Source: Octopus vulgaris
Taxonomy: Eukaryota
NCBI GenBank assembly: GCA_951406725.2
Contig: OX597816.1
Span: forward strand, 27,714,001-27,778,000
Direction: 5' to 3'
Length of the DNA: 64,000 bases
Below are positions 41,720 to 56,182 of this stretch, in pieces (position 1 is the stretch's first letter; each line of letters starts with the position of its first letter). Under the pieces are notes generated by a model. That model made no database searches and was not told the origin of the DNA. It was given only the letters and a program-made list of their open reading frames with translations. A program made the position numbers and the translations under genes.

Positions 41720-41789
<70 letters not shown>

Positions 41790-42162
41790 CAATATAAGGA
41801 ATGGCCCTGATAGGCCATTCGACTCACTAGAAAGAGCAGCCAAACTCAAACCGCTAAGTAGTTGTAATTCTGAAATTGGAAGAGAAATAAAAACATTTAC
41901 CCTTTTCATCTCTGGACTATGCATAGTTTCGACAAACTTTTCTAAACAAATTAATTAAATTAAATTAAATTTGCTTACAACTGGCTATCTATACATATAT
42001 GTTATAGGATAATAATACGAATGGTTTATACCTGGTAGCTTATTATTAAAGCACGGCCACTGTCAAGTGTATTTCATTAATTCTCGTATATTCCATCTTC
42101 CGTCTCTCATCTAACACACACACATACACAAACACACGCACACACACACACACATATATATA

Positions 42163-42224
<62 letters not shown>

Positions 42225-42624
42225 AAACTAGGGAATAGATTAGATAAAATCCAGGCTACATAAGTTTCACATGAAGTTTGCATTGTGGGGAGATCTTGTA
42301 TTAACTCGCAGGGGATTCGAACGAAATGGTTAAGTACTGCTTCCGAGGTACCGCTAACTATGAAATATATGTAGCTTGGATTTTATTTATTACATTCCCT
42401 AATTTTGGATGTTTATTCGAATATACAGCAACCACAGTTGCTAACCGTGCACTATAAAATAAAATTTTTTGCAGCTTATGGTACTTCGATAAGGGAAAAA
42501 TTTATAACCTTCTGCGCCAATAAACCGCTATTTTCCAGAAAGTGGATTTTATATCTTCTACGGACTGTTTGAAACTCACTGACGTCCTACACCATGATCC
42601 TTGGAGATTACCTTGTCCAGCCAT

Positions 42625-43020
42625 CGCCATGATTGACCGCTAGCCGCTAAAGCTTTTTTTTTTATTCTCTGTTTATTTTCTCGTGTTTCTTTCTGATGAA
42701 GAACGTAGGATGGAAACGTAAAATACTTTCTCACTTTCACGAGCGTTAAACTAATAACCTGTTTGTTGTTTATACACCTGTCTTCGTCTTATGTTTTTTT
42801 TTGTAAATTCCAACTGTATATATATAGTCAATTCAAAGAACAAACAATAAAAAACAGAAACAACAAAAAAACCAACGTGAGGACATGCAAAACAACATAT
42901 TAATTTGACGCTTGGTAAAAGGAAAAAGTTGCTAACGTTTCGAGCATCGCTCTTCGTCGGAAGGAGAAAAGTCCAAAGAGAAAGCGGGGAAAGACAAGGA
43001 AAAACCGCCAACAATCCAGA
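42625..43020. mobile_element. Two Neptune-type pLTR relics tail-to-tail, each with a minimal hammerhead (42689-42724 +, 42931-42964 -)
   Basis: + strand: cttt-CTGATGA-a-gaac gtag gatg-GAAACGT-a-aaat. Minus strand: CCGACGA-a-GAGC gat GCTC-GAAACGT-t. Joined at a short TA run near 42816-42826. Confidence 0.7.
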
Positions 43021-43524
43021 TGCAGTTACATTTGTGTGTGTGTGTGTGCGTGCGTGTATGAGTGTGTGTATGTGTCTGTGCGTGTGCGCGTTTCGTTCAC
43101 AATCACTTCTAGTAAGGAATGTGAAACCCAGATGATTAACTAATGGAAGAGTCGTAAGTCTTAAATGTATAAGTATACCTCAGTTTAATACTTGTTTCGG
43201 CCTGCGTGCCAATGTCATCTATGTATTTGGTCATCTATAGTACTGCCCATATTATAACATTTGACAACATACTTCCCTCTCTTTATCGTTTTCACTTGAC
43301 CACACTGACATCCGCTTGCATTATAATCGTCAAGCACTTTTACATTCTATTTTCTCATCTCCAACGGCTTCATAAAGTAAACATCGATATACTGTTGTAG
43401 ATAGGCGTTTATGCAATATACCACATTCTTTACAAAATGGGCTCTGAATTAAAGGCAACATATATCATGACGCACAATCTTACCCATACTTGTACTCACA
43501 TATATGTGTGTAAACGCACACACG

Positions 43525-43582
<58 letters not shown>

Positions 43583-43591
43583 ATCTATCTA

Positions 43592-43654
<63 letters not shown>

Positions 43655-43835
43655 CCTCTCTCTCTATATCTATCTATCTATCTATCTATCTGCCTATCTA
43701 TATATTATTATACATACTTAGATATACCTGCCAGTCTATCTAACCCTCCATATAGCTACCTCTAAGCCCTCACTCCCTCTCTCATTTGCCATTACCTATA
43801 TGTATATACACACAGTTATATTCATGGTTATATCT

Positions 43836-43932
<97 letters not shown>

Positions 43933-44057
43933 GTGGTGCTATTAAGTTAGACATGGTCTGGACCAATCTTTGGTCGAAACATATCTAAGTTTATCTAAGT
44001 TTATATATATATATATATATATACCTCTGTGTGTGTATATATATATACTTATATAAG

Positions 44058-44095
<38 letters not shown>

Positions 44096-44123
44096 CGCAA
44101 ACACACATACACACACATATATA

Positions 44124-44208
<85 letters not shown>

Positions 44209-44212
44209 CTAT

Positions 44213-44259
<47 letters not shown>

Positions 44260-44874
44260 CATACATATGTACACACTCATTTATATATATCAGCACCATG
44301 CAAGCATAACACTCACGCACACAGATATCTCCTTGTCAACTTCAGCTAACTTGTGTGTAAATAAGCGACGAAATAGCAGCTTAGCATTTAGAATAGACTA
44401 TGCGAAGCAAACGTATATCAGTGACAACACATTTGCTCTTCCTCATACATCATGTTTGCCAGGGTTGTGTACTTAAGTACTTAAGTCATTTCAATGTACT
44501 ACAATCGATGCATCGATAGAGACAATTCTACTCAGATGAAACGGAAAAATAATAAAGATAGAGAATACAAAACAAATAGGTACAAATCACGTCAACCTGA
44601 GGGCTAAATACTTTATTATAGACATATGTCCATGACAGCTAAAACCTTCCTCCATTTCTTCTTCGCTTTTTTAGTAAATCACTTTTATGAACCATTATGG
44701 AGATGGTTGCCTTGTACATTCTTGTTTATTTAAGAAAAAAAAAAAAAATTTCATCTATAATATTTATCAATGTCATGTTTGTCATACTGAACTGATTGTG
44801 GAAGGTTAAATGTCCGTAGACAAGATGCCGTCGACAAAATTTATTAGCCAATGGCAAAGTCATATACATATATT

Positions 44875-45014
<140 letters not shown>

Positions 45015-45059
45015 TATGTATATATGTATATGTGTGTATATACATATATACATATATAT

Positions 45060-45141
<82 letters not shown>

Positions 45142-45302
45142 GTGTGGTTTGATGGCTTAGTGGGTAAAAGGGTTGGTAATTTAATTACTAATCCTGTGTA
45201 GAGATAGAGCTTTCAATCTCTGTCTGCTACTATTTTGAATGGCGGTGCCCCAGCATGGCCACAGCTCGTGAGCTGAAACTAGATAAATAAAAATATATAT
45301 GT

Positions 45303-45354
<52 letters not shown>

Positions 45355-45690
45355 GAAGGCGTATGGCTCAATGGTTAGAGCGTCGAGCTTACGATCGTGA
45401 GGTTTTGAGTTCGAATCCCGGACCGGGCAGCGTGTTGTGTTCTTGAGCAAGGCACTTTATTTCACGTTGCTCCAGTTCACCCAGCTGTAGAAACGAATTG
45501 CGACGTCACAGGTGCCAAGCTGTATCGGCCTTTGCCTTTCTCTTGGATAACACTGGTGGCGTGGAGAGGGGAGACTGGTATGCATGGGCGACTGCTGTTC
45601 TTCCATAAATAACCTTGCTCGGACTTGTGCCTGGGAGGGTAACTTTCTAGGTGCAATCCCATGGTCTGTCACGTGACCGAAGAGGGTCTC
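45355..45690 (+). mobile_element. SINE family C, full length
   Basis: Collinear with 7551-7897. Confidence 0.85.
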
Positions 45691-45999
45691 AGAATGTGTG
45701 TGGGTGTGTGTATATGCGTGTGAGTGTATGTTAGGTCAATGGCAAAGTGGGTAGGGAGATGAACAAAATATTTAAGTTTCAATTCTCGAAATGGAAAGTG
45801 TGTTGCGTTCTGGAGCAAAGCAGTTCATATGATCAGTTTAACACCCGACATGTGGTACACCATTCACCCGTAAAGACAATGTCGATTTGTTAGAAGGAGT
45901 GAGCTAATGCGCCCCACAAACAGTTTACACACACACACACACACGCACACATACAAAAACACACACACATACACAAACATACGCAAACACATATATATT

Positions 46000-46068
<69 letters not shown>

Positions 46069-46115
46069 CATTATTATACAAACATGCCACACGCTATATA
46101 TATACATGCCACACG

Positions 46116-46161
<46 letters not shown>

Positions 46162-46169
46162 CACATATG

Positions 46170-46202
<33 letters not shown>

Positions 46203-46211
46203 CACATTATA

Positions 46212-46375
46212 GGCGTAGGAGTGGCTTTGTGGTATGTAGCTTGATTACCAACCATATGGTTCCGGGTTCAGTCCACTGCGTGGCACCTTGGGCAAGTGTC
46301 TTCTACTATAGCCTCGGGCCGACCAAAGCCTTGTGAATGGATTTGGTAGACGGAAACTGAAAGAAGCCCATCGTA

Positions 46376-46455
<80 letters not shown>

Positions 46456-46667
46456 TGTGTGTGTTTGTGTTTGTCCCCCTAGCATTGCTTGACAACTGAT
46501 GCTGGTGTGTTTATGTCCTCGTTACTTAGTGGTTCGGCAAAATAGTCCGATAGAATAAGTACGGGGGTTACAAAAGAATAAGTACCGGGGTCGAGTTGCT
46601 CGATTAAAGGTGGTGCTCCAGCATGGCCGCAGTCAAATGACTGAAACAAGTAAAAGAGTAAAAGAGT
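46212..46667 (+). mobile_element. SINE family A, full length
   Basis: Collinear with the other A copies; longer internal (TA)n. Confidence 0.9.
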
Positions 46668-47019
46668 ATACGCTCACTCATGCACCCATACACACATGCA
46701 CATGCATACATTCCCATCTAGATCTGTGTATTGTTACTGCTTCGTTAGTTTTTTAAGCTGTAACATTTTGTTAGCATATTTTAGTTACATACGGTTGCGT
46801 TCCAAAGTTTCATATATGAACATATAGAACTGATCCACGTAATAAAGTATATGATTGCATCTACTACGTTTATTCAACTATACTCTAGTACCTTTTTGTT
46901 AGAATATTCCAGTGACGCTTGCAGTCAAAAGTATCATATAGGAACATACATAAACTGTATACAAACGTAATAAACATAAAACATAATAAAAGTTTTATCT
47001 CTTTAGTTAATGAGTCTAT

Positions 47020-47405
47020 TGGGGGAAGCACTCCGTCGGTTACGACGATGAGGGTTCCGGTTGATCCGAATCAACGGAACAGCCTGCTCGTGAAATTAAC
47101 GTGTAAGTGGCTGAGCACTCCACAGACACGTGTACCCTTAACGTAGTTCTCGGGGATATTCAGCGTGACACAGAGAGTGACAAGGCCGGCCCTTTGAAAT
47201 ACAGGTACAACAGAAACAGGAAGTAAGAGTGAGAGAAAGTTATGGTGAAAGAGTACAGCAGGGATCACCACCATCCCTGCCGGAGCCTCGTGGAGCTTTA
47301 GGTGTTTTCGCTCAATAAACACTCACAACGCCCGGTCTGGGAATCGAAACCGCGATCCTATGACCGCGAGTCCGCTGCCCTAACCACTGGGCCATTGCGC
47401 CTCCC
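47020..47405 (-). mobile_element. SINE family B, full length
   Basis: Perfect 12-bp TSD taatgagtctat at 47008-47019 and 47406-47417. Confidence 0.92.
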
Positions 47406-47590
47406 TAATGAGTCTATAACGTTCTCTTAAAGTAACTATACTCTCATGAGCTACGGTTGCATTTTGCTGCTGTCCGATATGAACACACCTAAATACATGT
47501 AGCGTTCTCATCTGATTCTTCCTTGGTATAGGTTCCGTGGTTGCTGTTCCCTCCACTCGTGGTGGGGATGAACTCAAATGGTCGTGGTTA

Positions 47591-48004
47591 TACTCTTACT
47601 CTCTCTTTTACTCTTTTACCTGTTTCAGTCATTTGACTACGGCCATGCTGGTGCACCGCCTTTAGTCGAGCAAATTGACCCCGGGACTTATTCTTTGTAA
47701 GCCTAGTACTTATTCTATCGGTCTCTTTTGCCGAACCGCTAAGTTACGGGGACGTAAACACACCAGCATCGGTTGTCAAGCGATGTTGGGTGGACAAACA
47801 CAGACACACAAACATATACACATATATATATACATATATACAACGGGCTTCTTTCAGTTTCCGTCTACCAAATCCACTCACAAGGCCTTGGTCTGCCCGA
47901 GGCTATAGTAGAAGACACTTGCCTAAGGTGCCACGAAGAGGGAATGAACCCGGAACCATGTGGTTGATAAGCAAGCTACCTACCACACAGCCACTCCTAC
48001 GCCT
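47591..48004 (-). mobile_element. SINE family A, full length
   Basis: Reverse complement of the A consensus. Confidence 0.9.
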
Positions 48005-48089
48005 ATGTGTATTTTGTTATGTGTATTTTGTGCTCAGTTTGTATTGGTTAGGTGTGATTTCCATTGTACTGTGTGAAGGTGTACTTAGT

Positions 48090-48560
48090 TGTATATATGC
48101 ATCCGGGTCGTCGTTCTGCAAATCTATTTATAATCCGCTCTTTCCTCAACAATATAGACAGCAGTTCCTCGAAACATAGCTGGCATTTCCGGGATTGTGT
48201 GTTATAGGGACTTGCATGCCTCTATACGACCAGGTCAGGTTGTATTTTAACTTCTCTTCCTTGAGTCACCAAACAAAATCGGCCAGTGATGTTTCGTGCC
48301 GTTTAAGGAGTTTTCGAAAATTGGTAAAGTGATTTCGATATCCGTCTTTGAAAATATCGATGCACCCATATATACGTACAGCCTTCCTCAAGTATTTACG
48401 TGTACTTGTACACCACATTGCGGCTCTTGCATTGGTTAAACAGAGAACAGTTCGATCGGTCTCTGCATGAGCATAGGTTGTCAGTTTTCTTGTTTGTGTG
48501 TGTACGGCCAGAAACCCGTCCGGCGGTTTTATTTATATTTTTGCACGTGGTTATTCAGTT
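48090..48560 (-). pseudogene. Naiad-type Penelope-like GIY-YIG endonuclease relic
   Basis: LCSCRDRSNCSLFNQCKSRNVVYK..YMG..YRNHFTNFR..ETSLADFVW*LKE..W..SPYNTQSRKCQLCFEE. Confidence 0.75.
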
Positions 48561-48796
48561 AATATTTTTATTATTTGTGAGAGTGTTTACGTTGTAGTTT
48601 GAGTTGATGTGGCTATCATGTGATAGTGAGACGCCACTTTAAGGTATGGATGTACCTGATGTGATCCAGATTGCAAGATGGATGCAACACAATCTGAACG
48701 GAGACCTATGCATAAGTGACAGTAGCAGGATGCCTCAATACGATCGTTGTAGTAAGTAAAGACTAATACCAAATCCACCTCCTGGTTACGTAAGCA

Positions 48797-49710
<914 letters not shown>

Positions 49711-49714
49711 TGTA

Positions 49715-49860
49715 CGCAACTGGTACTTAATTTAACGACCCCGAAAGGATGAAAGGCAACGTCGACCTCGGCGGAATTTGAACTCAGAACGTGGCCGCAG
49801 ACGAAATACCGCTAAGCATTTCGCCCGGTGTGCTAACGTTTCTGCCAGCTCGCCGCCTTT
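49715..49860 (-). mobile_element. SINE-like family D fragment
   Basis: gaccccgaaaggatgaaaggcaa.gtcgacctcggcggaatttgaactcagaacgt; shared with 62550-62962. Confidence 0.7.
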
Positions 49861-50026
49861 CATAACAAAAATATTTCAACAAAGACATATGCAGTTAACT
49901 ACATTAAAACGTTTCGCATGCATATACACATGCGTATGTATATACATACATAGACACATACATATATACATACATACATACATACAAACATACATACATA
50001 CATACATACATACATACATACATACA

Positions 50027-50061
<35 letters not shown>

Positions 50062-50384
50062 GTTTATATACACACAAATATATAAAGATGTATGTATATG
50101 TGCCTATGTGTGTAATTAGCTATTATCTTTACCTTGTTTCAATTACTGGACTGCGACCATACCAGAGCTCTGCCTTGGATATACGTGAATGTATATACAT
50201 ATATACATATGTACATATATACATATGTACATATATAGATATATAGACCGTCCCATAGGCCCCCCTTTGAGAAACACTGATTTAGCCTAAATTTGAGACA
50301 CCAGCAAAAGAAGAAATAAAGATAGACTTTTTTCTATTCCAAAGAAAAACGATTTTATTCACACAAATATGCAACTGAAGAGTT

Positions 50385-50620
50385 TACGTACCAGTAAATA
50401 CATCGCAACAGCTGATGTACTTGCACGTACAAATGCACGTCCCCACGGCTTTATCGATCGCACTCTCACCTGGAATAGATTTTTGTAATTTTTCAAACTT
50501 ATACACGCCCTGATACACTTGGTATCTACATATCAAATTTGAGCGCAATTGGATGGAGGATGCCCGAGATCCTAGAAGACACACAAACAGACAGACAGAA
50601 CGGATTTTTTTATATATATA
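50385..50620 (-). mobile_element. Helitron-like element, partial second copy
   Basis: High similarity to 32530-32750. Confidence 0.7.
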
Positions 50621-50630
50621 ATATATACAT

Positions 50631-50741
<111 letters not shown>

Positions 50742-51902
50742 GCTAATTACTTTCACTGGTGTTAGATACGTATTCTTCAGAGATCAGCTATTTAAGCAAT
50801 TAAACATATATGGCTACTCTAACAGGTCTCACAGATAACCCTTCTATCTGTTGATAAAGATAGATGCAGCAACAGCAGCAATTGCAGCAGTAGCAGTAGT
50901 AGCAGTGAGTGTGTATGAAGCTGGGAGAACAATCTACACACCACAAAGTGAAGTATGTTTTGCCGATTTAGGCGTGGATGTTTGTAACTGCTTGGGTGGG
51001 GGTTAATTGCAAAAATGCGCTAAAATGGTATGAGTGACGTGTTAATGAATGCGGCTATTGAACGAGTTTCTTATCAACAGTGTAACTAATCTTGTTATAA
51101 GGAAGTCACGTGATCCAGTTGGTTAGAGTCGAGATGGAAGAGGTGGTGAAATTTACAGTGGGGCTTGTATTGGTGATGGTTGAGGATAATAATATAAGCA
51201 AATTGGTTATGTTTGAATAGCACCGTTTGTGCTTGTGTGTGTGATTCAGAGAGAGAGAGAGAGGGGATGAGGACAAAGAGAAAGAGACAGAGAGGGAGAG
51301 AGGGAGAGAGAGAGAGAGAGAGAGAGGAGAAGGACAAAGAGAAAGAGAGAGAATGAATATGGGGAAATGTAATGAAATAAAATGGTCTTGTATAATTGTG
51401 ATGAAAGGTTGAGTGTGGAGAAGCAAAACAGAGCAGCAAAGATTTGTTGTGAAGATAAAACATTATAGTTGACAGTGATAAAGAAAGGAACATGGATATG
51501 ATGTTGTAGTAGACCTACATAGTTAGCATTCACAAAAGCCAAACGTAGAAAGGGCGACCCATTGCTACAGTTAGAAAAGGTGACCAAATACTACAATTTA
51601 TTGTATCGGAGTTTGATCTGTGGCTCTTGCTTAACCGTTATTAGTCACTGATTCACCAAACCAGTGATCAAAGCTATTCAAGTAATAGCCAGCCTGTTAC
51701 AGCTATTTTAAAGCAAAATACACATAGGACTATATTATCCAATGCGTACTTCAGTGTTTGATGCAGTGGAGGCATAAGTTTTGATGGCTGTTTTGATAAA
51801 TCGTGTAAACGCGTTAGGTAGTTTCCCTTGTTTAACCAATAAGAGTGTCCATGAAATATGATGCAAATAATGTTGGATTTATTGAACGTTGGTAGGAATT
51901 AT

Positions 51903-52347
51903 GGATCTTTTCGGTTTGAACGGCAGTTTTTAACGTAATTTCTAAGTAACTAAAAAATTTGAAACTTCGTATACTGGTAGAATGTGTTCATAAAACATCT
52001 TTTTCTCTTGGCTTTATTGAGAAAATTCTATAGTTTGTACGATATGTGTTGTTTTTTTTCTTCAATTTCTGCAATGTCAACCAATCACTGACGTCTATTG
52101 AGGTAAAAACCATTCTGTGCCGTATGAATATGTCCCTCGTTTAAGAAACAGATTGGGTTTATTTACATTTGTGAAGAAAAAATATACCCTTCCCCTCACC
52201 CCTAACTCTAACCCCCAACCCTAACCCTAACTAACCCTAACCCTAAAACAGATTGAAATGCAATAGATCGATTCTAGTGTCATAATTATGGGTGACAATT
52301 TCATATGACACAGCTAGAAAAAACTGCCGTTCAAACCGAAAAGATCC
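51903..52347 (+). mobile_element. MITE (GG-start TIRs, 8-bp TSD; Merlin-like) containing CCCTAA hexamers
   Basis: TIR ggatcttttcggtttgaacggcagtttt; TSD ggaattat at 51895-51902 and 52348-52355. Confidence 0.88.
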
Positions 52348-52725
52348 GGAATTATAATCTTCTTTTTGGTTGGTAGGATGTGGTTTAGAACGTAAGAACG
52401 ATGTAAATGAATACAAGATATCTAGCGGGTATTCTCACAAGTATGTTGCCCATCCACCTTTCTGACAATACAGATAATGTAAATGGCACTGTAAGGTTAG
52501 TGGCTTGGTAGATTCGACATGGTGGTGGATAAATAGCTGTGGATTAGTGGAATTGATATTGTGGTGAACAGAATAGTGGTGAGTTGGTAGAATTGGTCGA
52601 CAGAGACAGAATGTTATGTAAAGGCAGTAGATTGATAGAACTGGTATAGTAGTGGAAAAAAAACGGAGGACATTTAGTTATGTTATTTTAAGCTTTCACT
52701 TCAAACAATGTTAAGGTTGTATTTA

Positions 52726-52943
52726 TACGAAGGGGTGCTGAAAAGTTAAGGGGTTTTAAGTGTATCGCGAAAGGCCTGGTTGGAGACCCAACCTTCTGAA
52801 TTCTTTAATAGAGCTTAGGAAAACTGGATGACCGCTGCAATAAATATGTGAATCTGAGAAGGGAATATATTGAATAAAATCATAATAAACTGATCCTCCT
52901 GTATTTTCTTTTAGCCAAAGCCAGGAAGTTTTCAGCACGTCTT
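52726..52943 (+). mobile_element. Internally deleted mariner-type relic
   Basis: Termini tacgaaggggtgctgaaaagtt and aagttttcagcacgtctt; retains a transposase C-terminal remnant RCNKYVNLRREYIE*. Confidence 0.65.
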
Positions 52944-54000
52944 TTGATTCTTCCGGGGTCGATAAAATAAAGTACCAGTCATGTGTTAAGATCGATAATA
53001 TTGACTATACTCCCCCACCCAAAATGTTGCTTTCAGCTTATGTTAGAAATCAATATGGATGAAAATCAATAGGATTTTGTATTTTGACATCATTTCATTT
53101 CTTTCATGACCTCAGAGATCTCCGTTGCTATTAGATAATAGGCTTTTTACCTCTCTCCACAATAAGACAATTTACTGCAACTCCTTCTCGGCTTCATGTT
53201 GTTACCTGTCATGTTTTAATTCCTAGATTTTATTACCAACAGTTTGTTATTTGCCGTACTTCGTTTAGAGGAGCGTCTCTCCATTCAACACCCGTTTTAA
53301 TCTTTAATTCATGAAGTTACGTATTCACTGTACCGAAGTAACACGTTAGAATACTTTATAAACAGGACAATGTGATTCATAGGAAGAATCAATAGACAAG
53401 TGATCTAATAAAAGCAACACGCAAGATGAGTAAGAATACTGAAATTGTTAGCTGTTCATTAAGTAATATTAACAGCTGGCAGAGGTGTCAGAAATTAAAA
53501 TAATGAGCTGAGAATTCAACAAGTATAACCATCCTATAGGTACATTAAAAACACCAGATGACTGATAGAGAGGTGGTTCTGTCATTACTAATTCACTATG
53601 GGTTACGGAATAAAGTAGCAAAAATAAATGAATGCGTATCAAATGATAGACGGTATTTATGTTTATTGTTTTAAGACCTCCGTTCAAATTCCACCGTAGG
53701 AAAGAGCTTATATATTTAAGGGACGCCACGCCACTTAGACTAATTCTCATTGTTTGAACAGTCAGATGAACGACATTTTATGATTTTTTTTTCTTTTTCT
53801 TTATTTTTTTCATTTGTTCGTAAGAGTTCATTACAGTTGGTTTGGAGCAGTAATATTCTTAAATCTAAAGGCAAATTTGACTTTGGCGGGATTTGAAAGC
53901 GGAGGACCTCCAAGTAGAAAGTTGAAACGACTACTTCAATGCATTACGTCCGACACCTTAATGACCCTGCCAATTCACCTTATGTAAATCCATCCATCCC

Positions 54001-54033
<33 letters not shown>

Positions 54034-54879
54034 CCATCCATCCATCCATCCATCCATACATACATACATACATAGACGCACATACATACACACACATATA
54101 TACACACGCACACACAAATACATATACATTCGTACATACAAATACGTACATATAAATACATTCATATAATGTCTATCTCTCTCTATATTTATGTATGTGT
54201 GTTGCGTGTGAATATGTTTGGCTGAACAATGATAATAAACATTAAATCTCAAACAAATGAAAACACATCTGCATTTCATGAGGAATAGAGACTGATTTGG
54301 TCCAGAGAAAATACTGAAGCACAGCATATATTTTTTTCTATTGGAAGTTTTGAATTGCATCAGGAATGGATCACCCTGAAGCGAAAATATTGGTTTATCA
54401 TTTTGCAAATGGTTTGGATTTTATAGGGTAGAATGAACAAACTAACTGATCAGGAAAAATGAAAACAATGAAAGACGAAGTATTATGTATCAGAGTATAT
54501 ATTCCAAATTAAGAAAAAAAATGTAGGTGAAACATGTAGACTTTTGTGTGAAATAATAGATTATTCGGCATTGAAGAGAAACGGATAATGAAGACTAAAT
54601 TTGAATAACAATTCATATTATTTATCGACGCTACTGTTATAAACTATAAACAATAGCAGTGATTATATGGATGTCAGTTTTGTCAATGAGACTTAGTCAT
54701 TTCATGGACTGAATTGCCTTCTCATTGATTTAATTTGTAAGTGGCTGGGTATGTCACTCTAACACGTGCCGATAACGTACTCCAGTTACTAAACACCGAT
54801 TCTATGGATACAAACCACGAAGCCATCCTTCACTGGAGTTACGTCAGCTTTTGTCTTTTTCAACTATAAGATAACAGAA

Positions 54880-55271
54880 GATTAAGAAGAAGCACTCCGT
54901 CGGTAACGACGATGAGGATTCCGGTTGATCCGAATCAACGGAACAGCCAGCTCGTGATATTAACGTGTAAGTGGCTGAGCACTCCACAGACACGTGTACC
55001 CTTAACGTAGTTCTCGGGGATATTCAGCGTGACACAGAGAGTGACAAGGCCGGCCCTTTGAAACACAGGTACAACAGAAACAGGAAATAAGAGTGAGAGA
55101 AAGTTGTGGTGAAAGAGTACAGCAGGGATCACCACCATCCCCTGCCGGAGCCTCGTGGAGCTTTTAGGTGTTTTCGCTCAATAAACACTCACAACGCCCG
55201 GTCTGGGAATCGAAACCGCGATCCTATGACCGCGAGTCCGCTGCCTAACCACTGGGCCATTGCGCCTCCAC
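54880..55271 (-). mobile_element. SINE family B, full length
   Basis: Perfect 12-bp TSD aagataacagaa at 54868-54879 and 55272-55283. Confidence 0.92.
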
Positions 55272-55728
55272 AAGATAACAGAAACACTACTCATATCAAG
55301 AAAACATCATCGGAACCTCCTTAATCACGAGTACTATGCAATTAGAGATTTCACAATCGGTCCAAATGTTCGGACACATTGTCACCGACGATTACTTCTA
55401 GCAAAAGTGCTTAACATAGCTAGGTCAGAGTCCAAAAGACTAGCTCTTCTTTGCAGAGCCAGAGGATATTCAACATGTTATAACTATTATTGACAGTCTA
55501 AAAAGCACATGTAATATGCAAGGCATACAATGGAGTATTACTCGTACATCTGAGCCAGTGTTGCTCTTGACATCATCCAGTAAGGACAAAAGACTAACTG
55601 GCATAAAGTCAGGCATACATACGCTCCACCCTCTGAGCCCTTTCTACATTAGGCACAAGGCCTGAAATTTTGGGGGTTGTGGTAAGTCGATTACATCGAT
55701 TTACCACATCCCCCAAAATTTCAATCAC

Positions 55729-56160
55729 GGATTTTTTTCGGTTTGAACGGCAGTTTTTTTCTAGCGGTGTCATATGAAATTGTCACCCATAATTATGACC
55801 CTAGTATCGATCTATTGCATTTCAATCTGTTTTAGGGTTAGTTAGGGTTAGGGTTAGGGTAGGGTTGGGGGCACGGGTATCTTTTTTTATTCACAAATGT
55901 AAATAAACCCAATCTGTTTCTTAAACGAGGAACATATTCATGCGGCACAGAATGTTGTTTACCTCAATGGACGTCAGTGATTGGTTGAAATTGCAGAAAT
56001 TGAAGAAAAAACAACAAATATCTTACAAACTATAGAGGTATCTCAATAAAGGCAAGAGAAAAAAATGTTTCATAAACACATTCTACCAGTATACGAAGTT
56101 TAAAACTTTTTAGTTACTTAGAAATTATGTTAAAAACTGCAGCTCAAACCGAAAAAATAC
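55729..56160 (-). mobile_element. MITE copy 2 (inverted), with TTAGGG hexamers
   Basis: TSD tcaat(c/a)ac at 55721-55728 and 56161-56168. Confidence 0.85.
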
Positions 56161-56182
56161 TCAATAACTAATGTTATTCAAT

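Larger units (their letters stand above)
41601..41724. repeat. Perfect inverted repeat: 60-bp arms (41601-41660, 41665-41724), 4-nt spacer
   Basis: Checked base by base; part of a ~200-bp insert between (TA)n tracts. Confidence 0.97.

Noticed and set aside
52195-52250. CCCTAA repeats as a true telomere or chromosome fusion site
   Set aside because: Short, and internal to a TIR/TSD-bounded MITE that is present three times.
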